NCBI GenBank assembly: GCA_964596395.1 | Contig: CAZQSY010000002.1 | Coordinates: forward strand, 34,339-98,338 | Origin: an uncultured Candidatus Saccharibacteria bacterium | Lineage (GTDB): Bacteria > Patescibacteriota > Minisyncoccia > Phycocordibacterales > UBA9973 | Direction: 5' to 3' | Length of the DNA: 64,000 bases | In this document: one piece after another, positions 20,319-29,478 of the stretch | How positions within the stretch are numbered: position 1 is the first letter of the stretch | How the letters are laid out: the number at the start of each line of letters is the position of its first letter | Position numbers and translations under genes: made by a program | Notes under the pieces: generated by a model | The model's input: only the letters and a program-made list of their open reading frames with translations | What the model was told of the DNA's origin: nothing | Databases searched by the model: none

Positions 20319-21086
20319 CTAACCTTGGGGTTTAAACTCCAACTCTTTAACTGAATCAAATACTATAAAATTATCAGTAAATTTATATTTAATCTCAATA
20401 GACGGTTTATCGGGGCAACAGCGCGCTGTGTCTTTGGAGTATCCAGGTTGTGTCTCTACTATATAGCTTCCAACTAATTTAACACCGTTATACCCCCAAT
20501 CTTGGTATCCGCGTTCAGTAAGAATACTCTGTTTGATGGAAGATGGGTCTAATTTTGAAATTTCACTATTACCGAATGCCTCGCCAAATGCTATAAGGTG
20601 CCAACGTGTTGCCGTGCCCGCTCCGGCTTCCGTGAGAACCACCAAAATCGCTTCCTTGTTGTTTAGACCAGAAACCTTTTCTATATTAAATGCACTTTTC
20701 GCGCCACCACCGTTAGAAACTCTGTCAGTATCTTCAAAAACAACTTTCCAACCATCTGAATCAGAGTATTTTAAAATCATTACTCCTGTGCTGAAATAAT
20801 TATTTTCTTGATTCAACGCAGTAGCATACGCAAAAGCGACTTCATTAATGCCGTCACCTTCAAGATCTAACTTAAGTTCTTTGTTCAAAATTGCCTTCAA
20901 AGGAAGAAAATCTTTTACGTCGGGATAATTTAATTGCAATTTTGGTATAGCTGTATTTTTTGTAGTTTGCTGAGGTGTAGAATCAACCTCAGGCGACTTT
21001 TTAACCAAAGTCACATACCCGAGTACGCCAGCTAAAATTATAACCAAGACAACTAAAACCACGTTTGCAAATCCTTTCTGGTTCAT
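20319..21086 (-). CDS. hypothetical membrane-anchored secreted protein
   Basis: N-terminal TM helix, no other motif. Confidence 0.45.
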   Translation of the reverse strand: MNQKGFANVVLVVLVIILAGVLGYVTLVKKSPEVDSTPQQTTKNTAIPKLQLNYPDVKDFLPLKAILNKELKLDLEGDGINEVAFAYATALNQENNYFSTGVMILKYSDSDGWKVVFEDTDRVSNGGGAKSAFNIEKVSGLNNKEAILVVLTEAGAGTATRWHLIAFGEAFGNSEISKLDPSSIKQSILTERGYQDWGYNGVKLVGSYIVETQPGYSKDTARCCPDKPSIEIKYKFTDNFIVFDSVKELEFKPQG

Positions 21087-21135
21087 ATATTTTTTATAAA
21101 ACTAGTTTTCGACTTTTATAATTAAAGTTCCCTAC

Positions 21136-21223
21136 TGGTGCCCAGGAGAGGACTTGAACCTCCACAGCCTTACGGCCATATCCACCTCAAGGATACGTGT
21201 ATACCAAATTTCACCACCTGGGC
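21136..21223 (-). tRNA. tRNA-Leu (GAG), long variable arm
   Basis: 88-nt cloverleaf, anticodon loop TTGAGGT, encoded CCA. Confidence 0.8.
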
Positions 21224-21254
21224 ATTGCGCCCATACTAACACATTTTTAAAATT

Positions 21255-21285
21255 TAAAAACCCCGTTTGATCCGGGGTTTTTAAT
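21255..21285. terminator. bidirectional intrinsic terminator
   Basis: AAAAACCCCGtttgatCCGGGGTTTTT. Confidence 0.6.
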
Positions 21286-21289
21286 CTTC

Positions 21290-21685
21290 TTATTCCACTT
21301 TCTCGGCCACTTCTTCTTTTCCCTCTTCCACAATCGCCGAACGAAGCTTGCGGCGTACATCCTTCAGAGCTTTCTTACGTACGTAGTAGAGTTTTGCCTT
21401 GCGCGCGCGGGATTTCTTGGTTATTTCAATTTTTTCTATGGATGGCGAATACAATGGGAAAATTCTTTCTACCCCAACACCCGAAGCTATTCGGCGTACT
21501 GTGAAAGTCGCGCCGATTTCAGCGCCGTGTTTTCTAGCCAACACCAAACCTTCAAACGCCTGCAGACGTATTTTACCTTTTTCGTCCGGAACTTTTGACC
21601 AAACTTTTACGGTATCGCCCGAATTAAAATTAAGTTTCTGGCGCTCCTCCACATTTACCGATGTCAGTTTTGATTTATCTACCAT
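21290..21685 (-). CDS. rplS: 50S ribosomal protein L19
   Basis: 131 aa, GDTVKV...[16 protein letters not shown]19 motifs. Confidence 0.95.
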   Translation of the reverse strand: MVDKSKLTSVNVEERQKLNFNSGDTVKVWSKVPDEKGKIRLQAFEGLVLARKHGAEIGATFTVRRIASGVGVERIFPLYSPSIEKIEITKKSRARKAKLYYVRKKALKDVRRKLRSAIVEEGKEEVAEKVE

Positions 21686-21731
21686 GGCAAAAATCTAACA
21701 CACGAACCGAATTTTTGCAATTTTCGCAAAA

Positions 21732-23435
21732 TTACAAAAACTCCCCTTGATAACATTTTTCGCAGTAAACAATCTCCGGTCTGTCGGGTGAAAAAGCGGT
21801 ATTTATTTCCGCCTGGCACTTGGCGCATCTTCTCCTCCACAATTTTGGCGGATTCAAGCGGGCAAACCGGGCGTTCTCCCGGCATTTCGGACATTCGCGA
21901 GGCGCGGGAAGCCCTAGTTTCCGCAATAGGTCAAGCTCGCCTTTGGTAACCTTGTACCCCCTCTTGCAGTTGGCGCACTCTATAACCTCGTTCAAAATAC
22001 CATCCTTCGTTTGTTCAATCGTGTTAGGCAACGAACCGGCCCCCATTGTTGTCTTGTAAACCGGCTCTGGCCGGTCATCCCAAGCGTACCCTCCGGCAAG
22101 CGCTTCTTCTTTAGTTTTTGGTAAAAAACGCATGGCGTTTGATTTGTTGTAGGCGAACCTGGAAAATTCCAGCGGGAAAAATTCTCCGTAATAAAATTCC
22201 CGGCCAAGCTTATCTGTATACGGATTTTTCTTCATATCTTCAATAATTTGCGCTTTCAATTTTTCATATTCTTCTTTCGAATATTGCTTGTTTAAAATGC
22301 AGTATGATTTTCTCTTTAAATTCACACAGCCGAAATTATTTTTCCCGGCGATGTTCCAAATGCAATACTGCAAATTTAAGCAGTCCGGAAAACAATAAGA
22401 GGAAAACATGACATTATTAACATTTTCCCCAACATGCACGCTCTCGTAAACTAGCGTCGCATTATTGCCCCAAACAGAATAATCAAAACAATCTTTCGCT
22501 GGCGGCACAGTCACAAATTGCGTCCATTTGCAATTTTCTACACTGTCGCATAAATAAACATTTTTTGAATTCTTAGAGGTAAACACGTATTCGCCGGTAA
22601 CATCCAGGTTAAGGGTATGCCCTGTATATACCCGGTACGGCTTGGTAAGCCATAAATCAAAGGCCTGTTTTTTAAATTTCTCAAGTCCTGCAAAAGATTT
22701 TAAATTCAATTCCTCCAACTTTTGGAAATACTCTTCTTTGGTGTATTTGATATTAAAAATACAGTAGGATTCTCCGCGAAGATTCACACAACCGACACAG
22801 TTTCTACAATTGAAACAACTTCTTGAAAACCAAACATCCACGCATGATTCGCATCTCTCCGAAAAAAACGTGCGATAACACTTATACAAACCGAATGACC
22901 CGTAACATAGTTCCGAATCCCGTACACTTAAACAATCCATACTGTACTTAACTCCATTCAACATGGAAGAGTAAAAAACGTTTTCGCAAAAATCTGCCCC
23001 AATAACCATATAACAATCTTTGCACCATGCAACGCCGCTTGTGTAAGTTGAATTTTTGAGGCTTGTGTACAAACTTTCCACCCCGACGTATGGAGTTTTT
23101 AAAGAAAGCTCCTTTACCTGATCAAAAAAAGGCCTCGAAGGGTCGTACTCGGTAGCATACTCGGTGCCATCCCACGAATCACCCCACCAACATTTCGGAC
23201 AGTAAACCGCTACTTTATCTTCGGGGGAATACATGGATAAAGTTTTTTCTCCGCACAAGTTACATGTACGCCAAAAGAGATAATACATATTCGCGAAAGA
23301 AAATCGTCGATACATCCGGCACTCTGGGCACCACGTCGGCGGCGGGACATTCATTTTTTGGTAGAAAGAAAAATCCTCAGATTCAATTACGAATTCTTTT
23401 TTACAGTTCTGGCAAATCTTAGTTTCGTTTTCCAT
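21732..23435 (-). CDS. cysteine-rich protein, paralog A (567 aa) with N- and C-terminal CxxC...CPxCR zinc-ribbon domains and a Cys-ladder core
   Basis: about 50 Cys; N-terminus KICQNCKK..FYQKMNVPPPTWCPECR..RTCNLCG..YCPKCWW; C-terminus CANCKR..PAPRECPKCR..RRCAKCQ..YCEKCY; internal CxxCxxCxxCVNL...YCI.N..Y.KEEY repeats. Confidence 0.8.
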   Translation of the reverse strand: MENETKICQNCKKEFVIESEDFSFYQKMNVPPPTWCPECRMYRRFSFANMYYLFWRTCNLCGEKTLSMYSPEDKVAVYCPKCWWGDSWDGTEYATEYDPSRPFFDQVKELSLKTPYVGVESLYTSLKNSTYTSGVAWCKDCYMVIGADFCENVFYSSMLNGVKYSMDCLSVRDSELCYGSFGLYKCYRTFFSERCESCVDVWFSRSCFNCRNCVGCVNLRGESYCIFNIKYTKEEYFQKLEELNLKSFAGLEKFKKQAFDLWLTKPYRVYTGHTLNLDVTGEYVFTSKNSKNVYLCDSVENCKWTQFVTVPPAKDCFDYSVWGNNATLVYESVHVGENVNNVMFSSYCFPDCLNLQYCIWNIAGKNNFGCVNLKRKSYCILNKQYSKEEYEKLKAQIIEDMKKNPYTDKLGREFYYGEFFPLEFSRFAYNKSNAMRFLPKTKEEALAGGYAWDDRPEPVYKTTMGAGSLPNTIEQTKDGILNEVIECANCKRGYKVTKGELDLLRKLGLPAPRECPKCRENARFARLNPPKLWRRRCAKCQAEINTAFSPDRPEIVYCEKCYQGEFL

Positions 23436-23436
23436 T

Positions 23437-25107
23437 TTAATAAATTTCCTGCTGGTAGCACCTCTCGCAATAGATTATATCAGGCAAATCTGGAGAATAC
23501 GCCGTTTCAAATTCATTCTGACACCCCTCTTTCATGCATTTTCGATGCCAAAGTTTGTTTGGCCCGCGATTTTTCATTCTTCTTTCATTTCTGCAATCAG
23601 GGCACAGCCTGGGCAACGGAATGCTTAATTTTTTATAAAAAAGAAACTCATTCTGAATGATGCGGTAATTTTTTGAACAGGCGATACAAACAAAAACTTC
23701 CTTAGACGCGTCAAAACCAATATCTTCAATTCTCTCTGGGATTTCCTCCCACTTTTTTATTTCCTTGCCATAAGTGCCGCGGGCGGTGTCTTCCCATTTA
23801 AAACCTTGTGACAAAGCTTCCTCTTTCGTAAGCGGGAATTCCTCCATCGCGGTAGTTTCGTTGTAGCCGAAAAGCATCGCCTCTTTCGGGAAAAATTCGC
23901 CGTATATTCCTTCATTTTTTAGGCCGGTAATAATTTCCTCCCTAATTTTTTCATATTCATCTTTGCTATATTGCTTGTTCAAAATACAATAATTCCCCTT
24001 CTTCAGAGCCATACAGCCGAAAAGATTTTGTCCATTCGGGCAGTTAAAGGAATATTCCGCAAAATTTGAACCCCAGCAATTGTGGCAGCAAATGCAATTA
24101 GACGCCTGAATGCCGGTATTGGTTGAATTGTAAATTCTCTCGGCGGTGCGCCCGGCCGTGTGGCAATCCACGCAGTCCCGCGCTTCGCGCCATACATGAG
24201 ACGAGTAAGCGCAATCCTCGGCATCGTAGGAATGGAAGCAGGAGCGATTATTTTTTACATTCACTTCATAATTACCCGTCGAGTTCGTAGACATGTAAAT
24301 CTCGGCATATTTTCTGGGAAATTTTTGAGCGAACTTTTTAAATTCTTTTCTGAAATTTTCCACTCCTTCGTAAGTATCCAGCTTGTAGTTTTTCAGCTTT
24401 TCTGCGTATTCTTCTTTATTGTATTCAACATTCCAAATGCAGTTGGATTTATTGCGCAAATTGACGCAACCCAGACAATTCACACACCCGCGGCAATTTA
24501 AAAGAAAGGAACTGTCGGTACAGCTATAACAGCTTTTGCAATATTTTAGACCGTAGGAATCATGGCAATCATCCGCCTCGTAAGAAAGCTCTACCTGGTG
24601 GGTGTAAGAGACGTCCACACAATCCTTGGTCTTCTGAATCCAATAACAGTGAACGCAATTCTCGTTGTTGGAAGACTCCACTATCATGTAGCAATTCCGG
24701 CAGTCGGCCACGTAATTCACGTACTGGCAGTCAACATTCCGCATGCCGACCAGCGCCGGCTTTGGAACTTTTTTGTAAAGTTCTCCAACTTGTTCAAAGA
24801 AGGGCTTGCTTTTGTCGTAAGAAAATCCGAATGACATCGGGTCCCACTGGTCGCTCCACCAGCACGGCACGCAATACACTGGCGTTTCTTTATTCGGCGA
24901 CCATATGGTAATCATGCTCTCTCCGCACAGGTCGCAATTCCGCTTGTAAAAATTCCTCTCGTTGCGGAAGATATGCCTTAACTGCGCCCGGCAATCCGGG
25001 CACAAGCGGGGTGCCTGCACGCCCATTTTTTCGTAATACTTAAAATCCTCCAAACCAATCGAAAAATCATTCTGGCAATTTTTACATTTTCTCGTTTCGT
25101 ATGTCAT
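23437..25107 (-). CDS. cysteine-rich protein, paralog B (556 aa)
   Basis: same architecture as paralog A; 1-bp gap from A. Confidence 0.8.
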   Translation of the reverse strand: MTYETRKCKNCQNDFSIGLEDFKYYEKMGVQAPRLCPDCRAQLRHIFRNERNFYKRNCDLCGESMITIWSPNKETPVYCVPCWWSDQWDPMSFGFSYDKSKPFFEQVGELYKKVPKPALVGMRNVDCQYVNYVADCRNCYMIVESSNNENCVHCYWIQKTKDCVDVSYTHQVELSYEADDCHDSYGLKYCKSCYSCTDSSFLLNCRGCVNCLGCVNLRNKSNCIWNVEYNKEEYAEKLKNYKLDTYEGVENFRKEFKKFAQKFPRKYAEIYMSTNSTGNYEVNVKNNRSCFHSYDAEDCAYSSHVWREARDCVDCHTAGRTAERIYNSTNTGIQASNCICCHNCWGSNFAEYSFNCPNGQNLFGCMALKKGNYCILNKQYSKDEYEKIREEIITGLKNEGIYGEFFPKEAMLFGYNETTAMEEFPLTKEEALSQGFKWEDTARGTYGKEIKKWEEIPERIEDIGFDASKEVFVCIACSKNYRIIQNEFLFYKKLSIPLPRLCPDCRNERRMKNRGPNKLWHRKCMKEGCQNEFETAYSPDLPDIIYCERCYQQEIY

Positions 25108-25160
25108 TTTTCATTTGTCAATAAACCTTGCGATAGCAGAAAATATTGACATTTGTATCT

Positions 25161-26906
25161 TTAATAAACTTCTTTCTGATAACATTCCTTACAGAAAATT
25201 TTCTCTGGTCTCTCGGGAGCATACATCGTTTCAAATTTATTTTGACACTTGTCTGCGTGGCCGTGATTTTTTAAATCGCACATGCATTCTCTTTGGTAAA
25301 AAGAAAACGGATTGGTCCATCTCAGCCTGTCGTAGTATCGGCAATTCGGGCATTTTCTCGGGAGAGGCAGGTTCATTTGCCGATAAAAAGAGAGCTCATC
25401 GGGCAGAATCCTAAAGGCGGAAACGCACAACGTTTTCGTATTCCCGTCGCCTGGACATTTTATGGTCTCTTCACAAATGTTATCCGATATATCTTCTATA
25501 CTATCAGGGATTTCTTCCGCACTTAATGTCGGCTCGTAATACTTCCTGTCTATATCTTTCCATTTGCTTCCAAAGGCCTTAATTTCTTCTTCAGAGATTC
25601 GCAATTCTTCATACGCTAAAGATTCATTGTACGCAAATGGAGAAAAAGCAGGTGGAAAATATTCTCCAAATCCGTATTTTTTCCCAGTAACATCAATATA
25701 AGGCGTCTCTTCCATGTGTCTTTTTATCTTCGCTACCAGCGCTTCATAATCCTCTTTCGTGTACTGCTTGTTCAAAACACAATATTGCTTTTTATCCAAG
25801 CCGACGCAGCCAAAACAATCCGCGCACCCTTTGCAATTGTCGCAATAAAACAAGTTCCGGCTTCCCCGGCCGCAGCTAAAACAAAAAATAACCCTGTTTC
25901 CTCCCCGACCGCTAATGACAGTTTCGTAGCATTCCTCAAGTTTACCCGGGAAAACAAGGTCTCGCGAATCTTTCACTACGTTTCCGCCGAGAAATATATC
26001 TTGGACGTTCTCCGAGTTAACCACAAAGTAGCACCGGCGCGCGGATTTGGAATTCTCTACAAAATCGCCGGAGGAATCTATGGAATTTTTTATGTTTGCA
26101 CAGCGGTGAACGGCCGACTTGTATACTTCAGCAAAAATTTCTTTGGCTTCGGTTTGTCCTGAAAAAATATTCAGCCTGAGCGCGGCCAGAGCATCCTTAT
26201 ACCCTTCTCGCGTAAGCTGTCTATTTTTAAAGACATAGCTTTTATTGCGAAGATTTGACGAGAGACAGCAATTTACGCAATTTGAACAATCAAACAAAAA
26301 ATGTGATTCAACGCATTGGTCAGAAGCAATCAAGAAAGAAGAATTATAGTTCTGGCTTGCCTTTACTAACTCGTATCCCCGATCATTATTTCTAAGTATT
26401 AAAGAATCAAGGCAGTTCTTGCTGTCAAAAACGAAACGCGAATATTTAACATTCTCAGACCGAAGAACACTGAAAGACAAGTAAACCTCTTTGCTGGTAT
26501 AACAATAATTTGCATATTCGCAACCGGCGCCGTTCCTTTCGTTCTGGTCCATGGCTCGATGCGGAACTTTTTCCTTAAGTTCGCGGAATTGCAAGAAAAA
26601 ATTTTTTGAGAAATCGTATTCTCTGCCGTAATCTCTGCCGTCCCAATCGTCGCCGAGGTGGCATTTCACGCACCATATGGCAAACGGGGATTCTGGCGCG
26701 TACATTGAAACTACGGGTTTGCCGCACTTTCCGCAGTTTCTCTTGTAAAGCGAACGCTCATTTACAAAACACATCTTGCGCAAGAATCGGCAGCGCGGGC
26801 ACCAGGTCGGCGGTGGGACGCCCATTTTTTGGTAAAAAGAAAAATCTTCCGGCTCAATCGTGAAGTCTTTTTTACAGTTTACGCAGATTTTTGTTTCGGC
26901 CTGCAC
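25161..26906 (-). CDS. cysteine-rich protein, paralog C (581 aa)
   Basis: same architecture; first CxxC of the C-terminal ribbon is degenerate. Confidence 0.8.
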   Translation of the reverse strand: MQAETKICVNCKKDFTIEPEDFSFYQKMGVPPPTWCPRCRFLRKMCFVNERSLYKRNCGKCGKPVVSMYAPESPFAIWCVKCHLGDDWDGRDYGREYDFSKNFFLQFRELKEKVPHRAMDQNERNGAGCEYANYCYTSKEVYLSFSVLRSENVKYSRFVFDSKNCLDSLILRNNDRGYELVKASQNYNSSFLIASDQCVESHFLFDCSNCVNCCLSSNLRNKSYVFKNRQLTREGYKDALAALRLNIFSGQTEAKEIFAEVYKSAVHRCANIKNSIDSSGDFVENSKSARRCYFVVNSENVQDIFLGGNVVKDSRDLVFPGKLEECYETVISGRGGNRVIFCFSCGRGSRNLFYCDNCKGCADCFGCVGLDKKQYCVLNKQYTKEDYEALVAKIKRHMEETPYIDVTGKKYGFGEYFPPAFSPFAYNESLAYEELRISEEEIKAFGSKWKDIDRKYYEPTLSAEEIPDSIEDISDNICEETIKCPGDGNTKTLCVSAFRILPDELSFYRQMNLPLPRKCPNCRYYDRLRWTNPFSFYQRECMCDLKNHGHADKCQNKFETMYAPERPEKIFCKECYQKEVY

Positions 26907-26910
26907 CTAT

Positions 26911-27744
26911 TTATTTTAACACCCTTTCGAATTCTTCCGGCAACGGCGATTTAACTTTTACCGTTTCGCCTTTTAAGTTTTTAAATTCAATGGAAAGCGC
27001 GTGGAGCATCATGCGGCCCTCTTCCCCGCGGGGATTATACAATTTATCCCCGACAATCGGATGATTGATGAATTTCATGTGCGCGCGAATCTGGTGCGTC
27101 CGGCCGGTCTTAGGGGAAATTTCTAGATAAGTAAAAACGCCCTCACCCCCTTTACTCCCCCCTCTCCAAAAAATTTTTTTGGAGAGGGGGCTAGGAGGTG
27201 AGGATTCCCCCGCCCTAACAAGGGAGGGGGTAAGGGGGAGGGTTACTCTTTTCAAGACCTTGTACTCGGTAACTGCCTCGCGCATTTCCCCGCGCGCGCC
27301 GCGCCCCGCCAGGCGCCGGCGGAAATCCCGCGGGCTCCGGCCGATCGGTTTATCTATTATGTCGTGGTCTTTCTTTATCAAGCCTTCAACTATTGCTACA
27401 TAAATCTTTTTTACCCTGTTTTGCTTGTCCGCCAACCCGCGCTTAGCAATTTCGAGCGCGGAGGCGGAAAACTGACTCTTCAAAAACTCGTGTGCCTTTT
27501 TATTTTTCGCCAAAAGTAAGACGCCCGAGGTTTCTCTATCTAACCGGTGCACCACCCCCGGTCTTTTTATTTCTTTCCCTTCCACAAAAATCGGCTCGCC
27601 GACATCTTTCGCTTCCGGATATTTTTTCAAAAACCAGTCGGAAATTGTCTCTTCCCCGCTTTTCCCATCAGGATGAACAGCCACACCCGAGGGTTTATCA
27701 ATCGCTAGAATATCCGAGTCTTCATAGAGGATTTTTATCTTCAT
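26911..27744 (-). CDS. rluD: RluA-family 23S rRNA pseudouridine synthase (RluD-like) carrying an in-frame insertion
   Basis: AIDKPSGVAVHP, HRLDRETSGVLLLAK, TGRTHQIRAH motifs; a Pro/Gly/Ser-rich loop of about 35 aa is encoded by a palindromic GC-rich segment. Confidence 0.9.
   Translation of the reverse strand: MKIKILYEDSDILAIDKPSGVAVHPDGKSGEETISDWFLKKYPEAKDVGEPIFVEGKEIKRPGVVHRLDRETSGVLLLAKNKKAHEFLKSQFSASALEIAKRGLADKQNRVKKIYVAIVEGLIKKDHDIIDKPIGRSPRDFRRRLAGRGARGEMREAVTEYKVLKRVTLPLTPSLVRAGESSPPSPLSKKIFWRGGSKGGEGVFTYLEISPKTGRTHQIRAHMKFINHPIVGDKLYNPRGEEGRMMLHALSIEFKNLKGETVKVKSPLPEEFERVLK
27136..27245. repeat. GC-rich palindromic (hairpin-forming) element inserted in-frame in rluD
   Basis: CCTCACCCCCTTTACTCCCCCCTCTCCAAAAAATTTTTTGGAGAGGGGGCTAGGAGGTGAGG is an imperfect palindrome, followed by CCCCCGCCCTAACAAGGGAGGGGGTAAGGGGGAGGG. 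Confidence 0.7.
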
Positions 27745-27745
27745 G

Positions 27746-27817
27746 TGCTCCCGGAGGGAATCGAACCCCCATCAAGGCCTTAGAAGAGCCCTGTTCTATC
27801 CATTGAACTACGGGAGC
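27746..27817 (-). tRNA. tRNA-Arg (TCT)
   Basis: cloverleaf by eye; anticodon loop CTTCTAA. Confidence 0.75.
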
Positions 27818-27828
27818 AAAAAGAGCTT

Positions 27829-27903
27829 GGTGCGCGGTGAGGGACTTGAACCCCCGACCTTCTCAGTGTAAATGAGTTGCTCTACCAACTGAGCTAACCG
27901 CGC
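27829..27903 (-). tRNA. tRNA-Val (TAC)
   Basis: GCGCGGTTAGCTCAGTTGGTAGAGC..., anticodon loop TTTACAC, encoded CCA. Confidence 0.8.
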
Positions 27904-27979
27904 ATTGTTTTTTCTATATACCAACTGGGCCCTGCCTGCCGGCAGGCAGGTAACCGCGTGTACTTTCAAGCTATCATTT

Positions 27980-28345
27980 CTACAACGACGGGTCAATTAC
28001 GGGCGAGGGGGAATTTAAAATCTCCTTTGACTTTTCTTTGCGTGCTTCGAAATAATCAAGAACTCCGCGTATCTTTTTCTCGTCCAGGTTTTCCGGGAAA
28101 GAAACATTTTCAACCGAGGCGCTCTGTTCCATACTCGTTTCCCTGAAAAAATACCACCCGAATGCCATAAACACGGCGACTAAAAATAGGACAACCAAGA
28201 CAACCAACCGAAAATAGAGGTCGGGCTTTATCCAGGAATCCCCCTTCCTGAATTTTTTCTCTCTTTTTAAAAATTTAATCTTTGGAATTTCCATTTTTAT
28301 TCGTTGATAAAACTCAGAAGCTTGACCTCTAGCGTCGCCGACCAT
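27980..28345 (-). CDS. hypothetical membrane protein (last gene of the pilMNO-like cluster)
   Basis: single TM, overlaps the upstream gene; position suggests a pilus assembly component. Confidence 0.35.
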   Translation of the reverse strand: MVGDARGQASEFYQRIKMEIPKIKFLKREKKFRKGDSWIKPDLYFRLVVLVVLFLVAVFMAFGWYFFRETSMEQSASVENVSFPENLDEKKIRGVLDYFEARKEKSKEILNSPSPVIDPSL

Positions 28346-28842
28346 TCCGGGTCTTTCTTGTCTTTGCTTGAGACACTTTCGCCGACGGTGTCTTTACTCA
28401 AGTTTATCGAATTAAACGACAATATATAGGGAGAATTTTCCAGCAGGTTTATAAATTTGTAAATGGCGCTAAAGGTGCCTGATGTTTTCAGCGCGACGGT
28501 CATGTAAGCGCCGCTTTTTTCCGTGTTTACCGAAGCGATTTCCAGCGAGACATCCGACTTTCGGGCAAGATTTTCTATCCCGTCCAGAAAAGCCGACGCC
28601 TCCGAACTTCGCACAAAATGACTCTCTATCTCGGCTCTTTCGATTTCGGTATCTTTCATCAGACGAGCCAAAATTTTCAGGTTGTTTTTCTTTACCTCTT
28701 CGGCCTGCCAGTTCGCTTCTTTTTCTAGAGAAGATTCATTCCTAAATTCGACCACGCGGTAAATAAAAAGGAAAGCGAGACAGGAGAAAAGAAAGAAGAC
28801 GGCCGAGACAATGAGCGCTTTTTTTTGAAAAATTGAATTCAT
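28297..28842 (-). CDS. PilO-like pilus assembly protein (putative)
   Basis: N-terminal TM plus coiled coil, gene order after the PilM/PilN-like genes. Confidence 0.45.
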   Translation of the reverse strand: MNSIFQKKALIVSAVFFLFSCLAFLFIYRVVEFRNESSLEKEANWQAEEVKKNNLKILARLMKDTEIERAEIESHFVRSSEASAFLDGIENLARKSDVSLEIASVNTEKSGAYMTVALKTSGTFSAIYKFINLLENSPYILSFNSINLSKDTVGESVSSKDKKDPEWSATLEVKLLSFINE

Positions 28843-28848
28843 TTAAAT

Positions 28849-29478
28849 TTAAATCGGCGGAAGCTGTGACCGGCGCGGGGTCAAAGTCAGGGTAAAAGTT
28901 ATATTTGACGCCCGAACCAGATTGGATATCGGAAGTTCGACCTTGCTAAAAGCCGCGCCGGCCTCCAGCGACTCGCGAAAACGAATCAGCGCTTCGCGGT
29001 CCGCGGCCGTTCCGGCTACGTTTACGATCTCGCCCCTACCGTCCTTTCCCGCGGGCGTGCTTGCCTCGTTTTTATAATATACTCCGATAATTTTTATCCC
29101 GCCCGTTCTTCTTGAAAGAATTTCGTCGAGAACCGTCCGAGAAAAAATATTTTTATTTTTCTCCGCTTCCTCAACCACGGCGATTTTTTTTCTCAAGGTT
29201 TCTACCGTCTGCAGTGTATTCATGTCCGACTCCGAAAAAGCATTCTCTGCCTCCTGTAATTTTATCTTATCTGCCACAGAGCTTGCCTGTATCGAAGAAA
29301 GAACGTAAGACGGAAGCAAGAGGAACAAGCCGACTAGGACCGAAGAGCCGAGCATGAGCAGAGAAAAAGCGGCCAGCCGGCAGAGAAAATCTTTCTCCAT
29401 TTTTTTCTTCTCTTCGTTTGGAATAAGGTTAATCATGTTCAAAATCCCCGAGGGCAAGCCCCAGCGCCGCGGCGGCAC
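28849..29478 (-). CDS. PilN-like pilus assembly protein (putative)
   Basis: N-terminal TM, follows pilM with overlap. Confidence 0.45.
   Translation of the reverse strand: MPPRRWGLPSGILNMINLIPNEEKKKMEKDFLCRLAAFSLLMLGSSVLVGLFLLLPSYVLSSIQASSVADKIKLQEAENAFSESDMNTLQTVETLRKKIAVVEEAEKNKNIFSRTVLDEILSRRTGGIKIIGVYYKNEASTPAGKDGRGEIVNVAGTAADREALIRFRESLEAGAAFSKVELPISNLVRASNITFTLTLTPRRSQLPPI

Noticed and set aside
27808-27996. 62-aa ORF on the minus strand
   Set aside because: It overlaps tRNA-Arg and tRNA-Val, and the frame is open only because of tRNA sequence.
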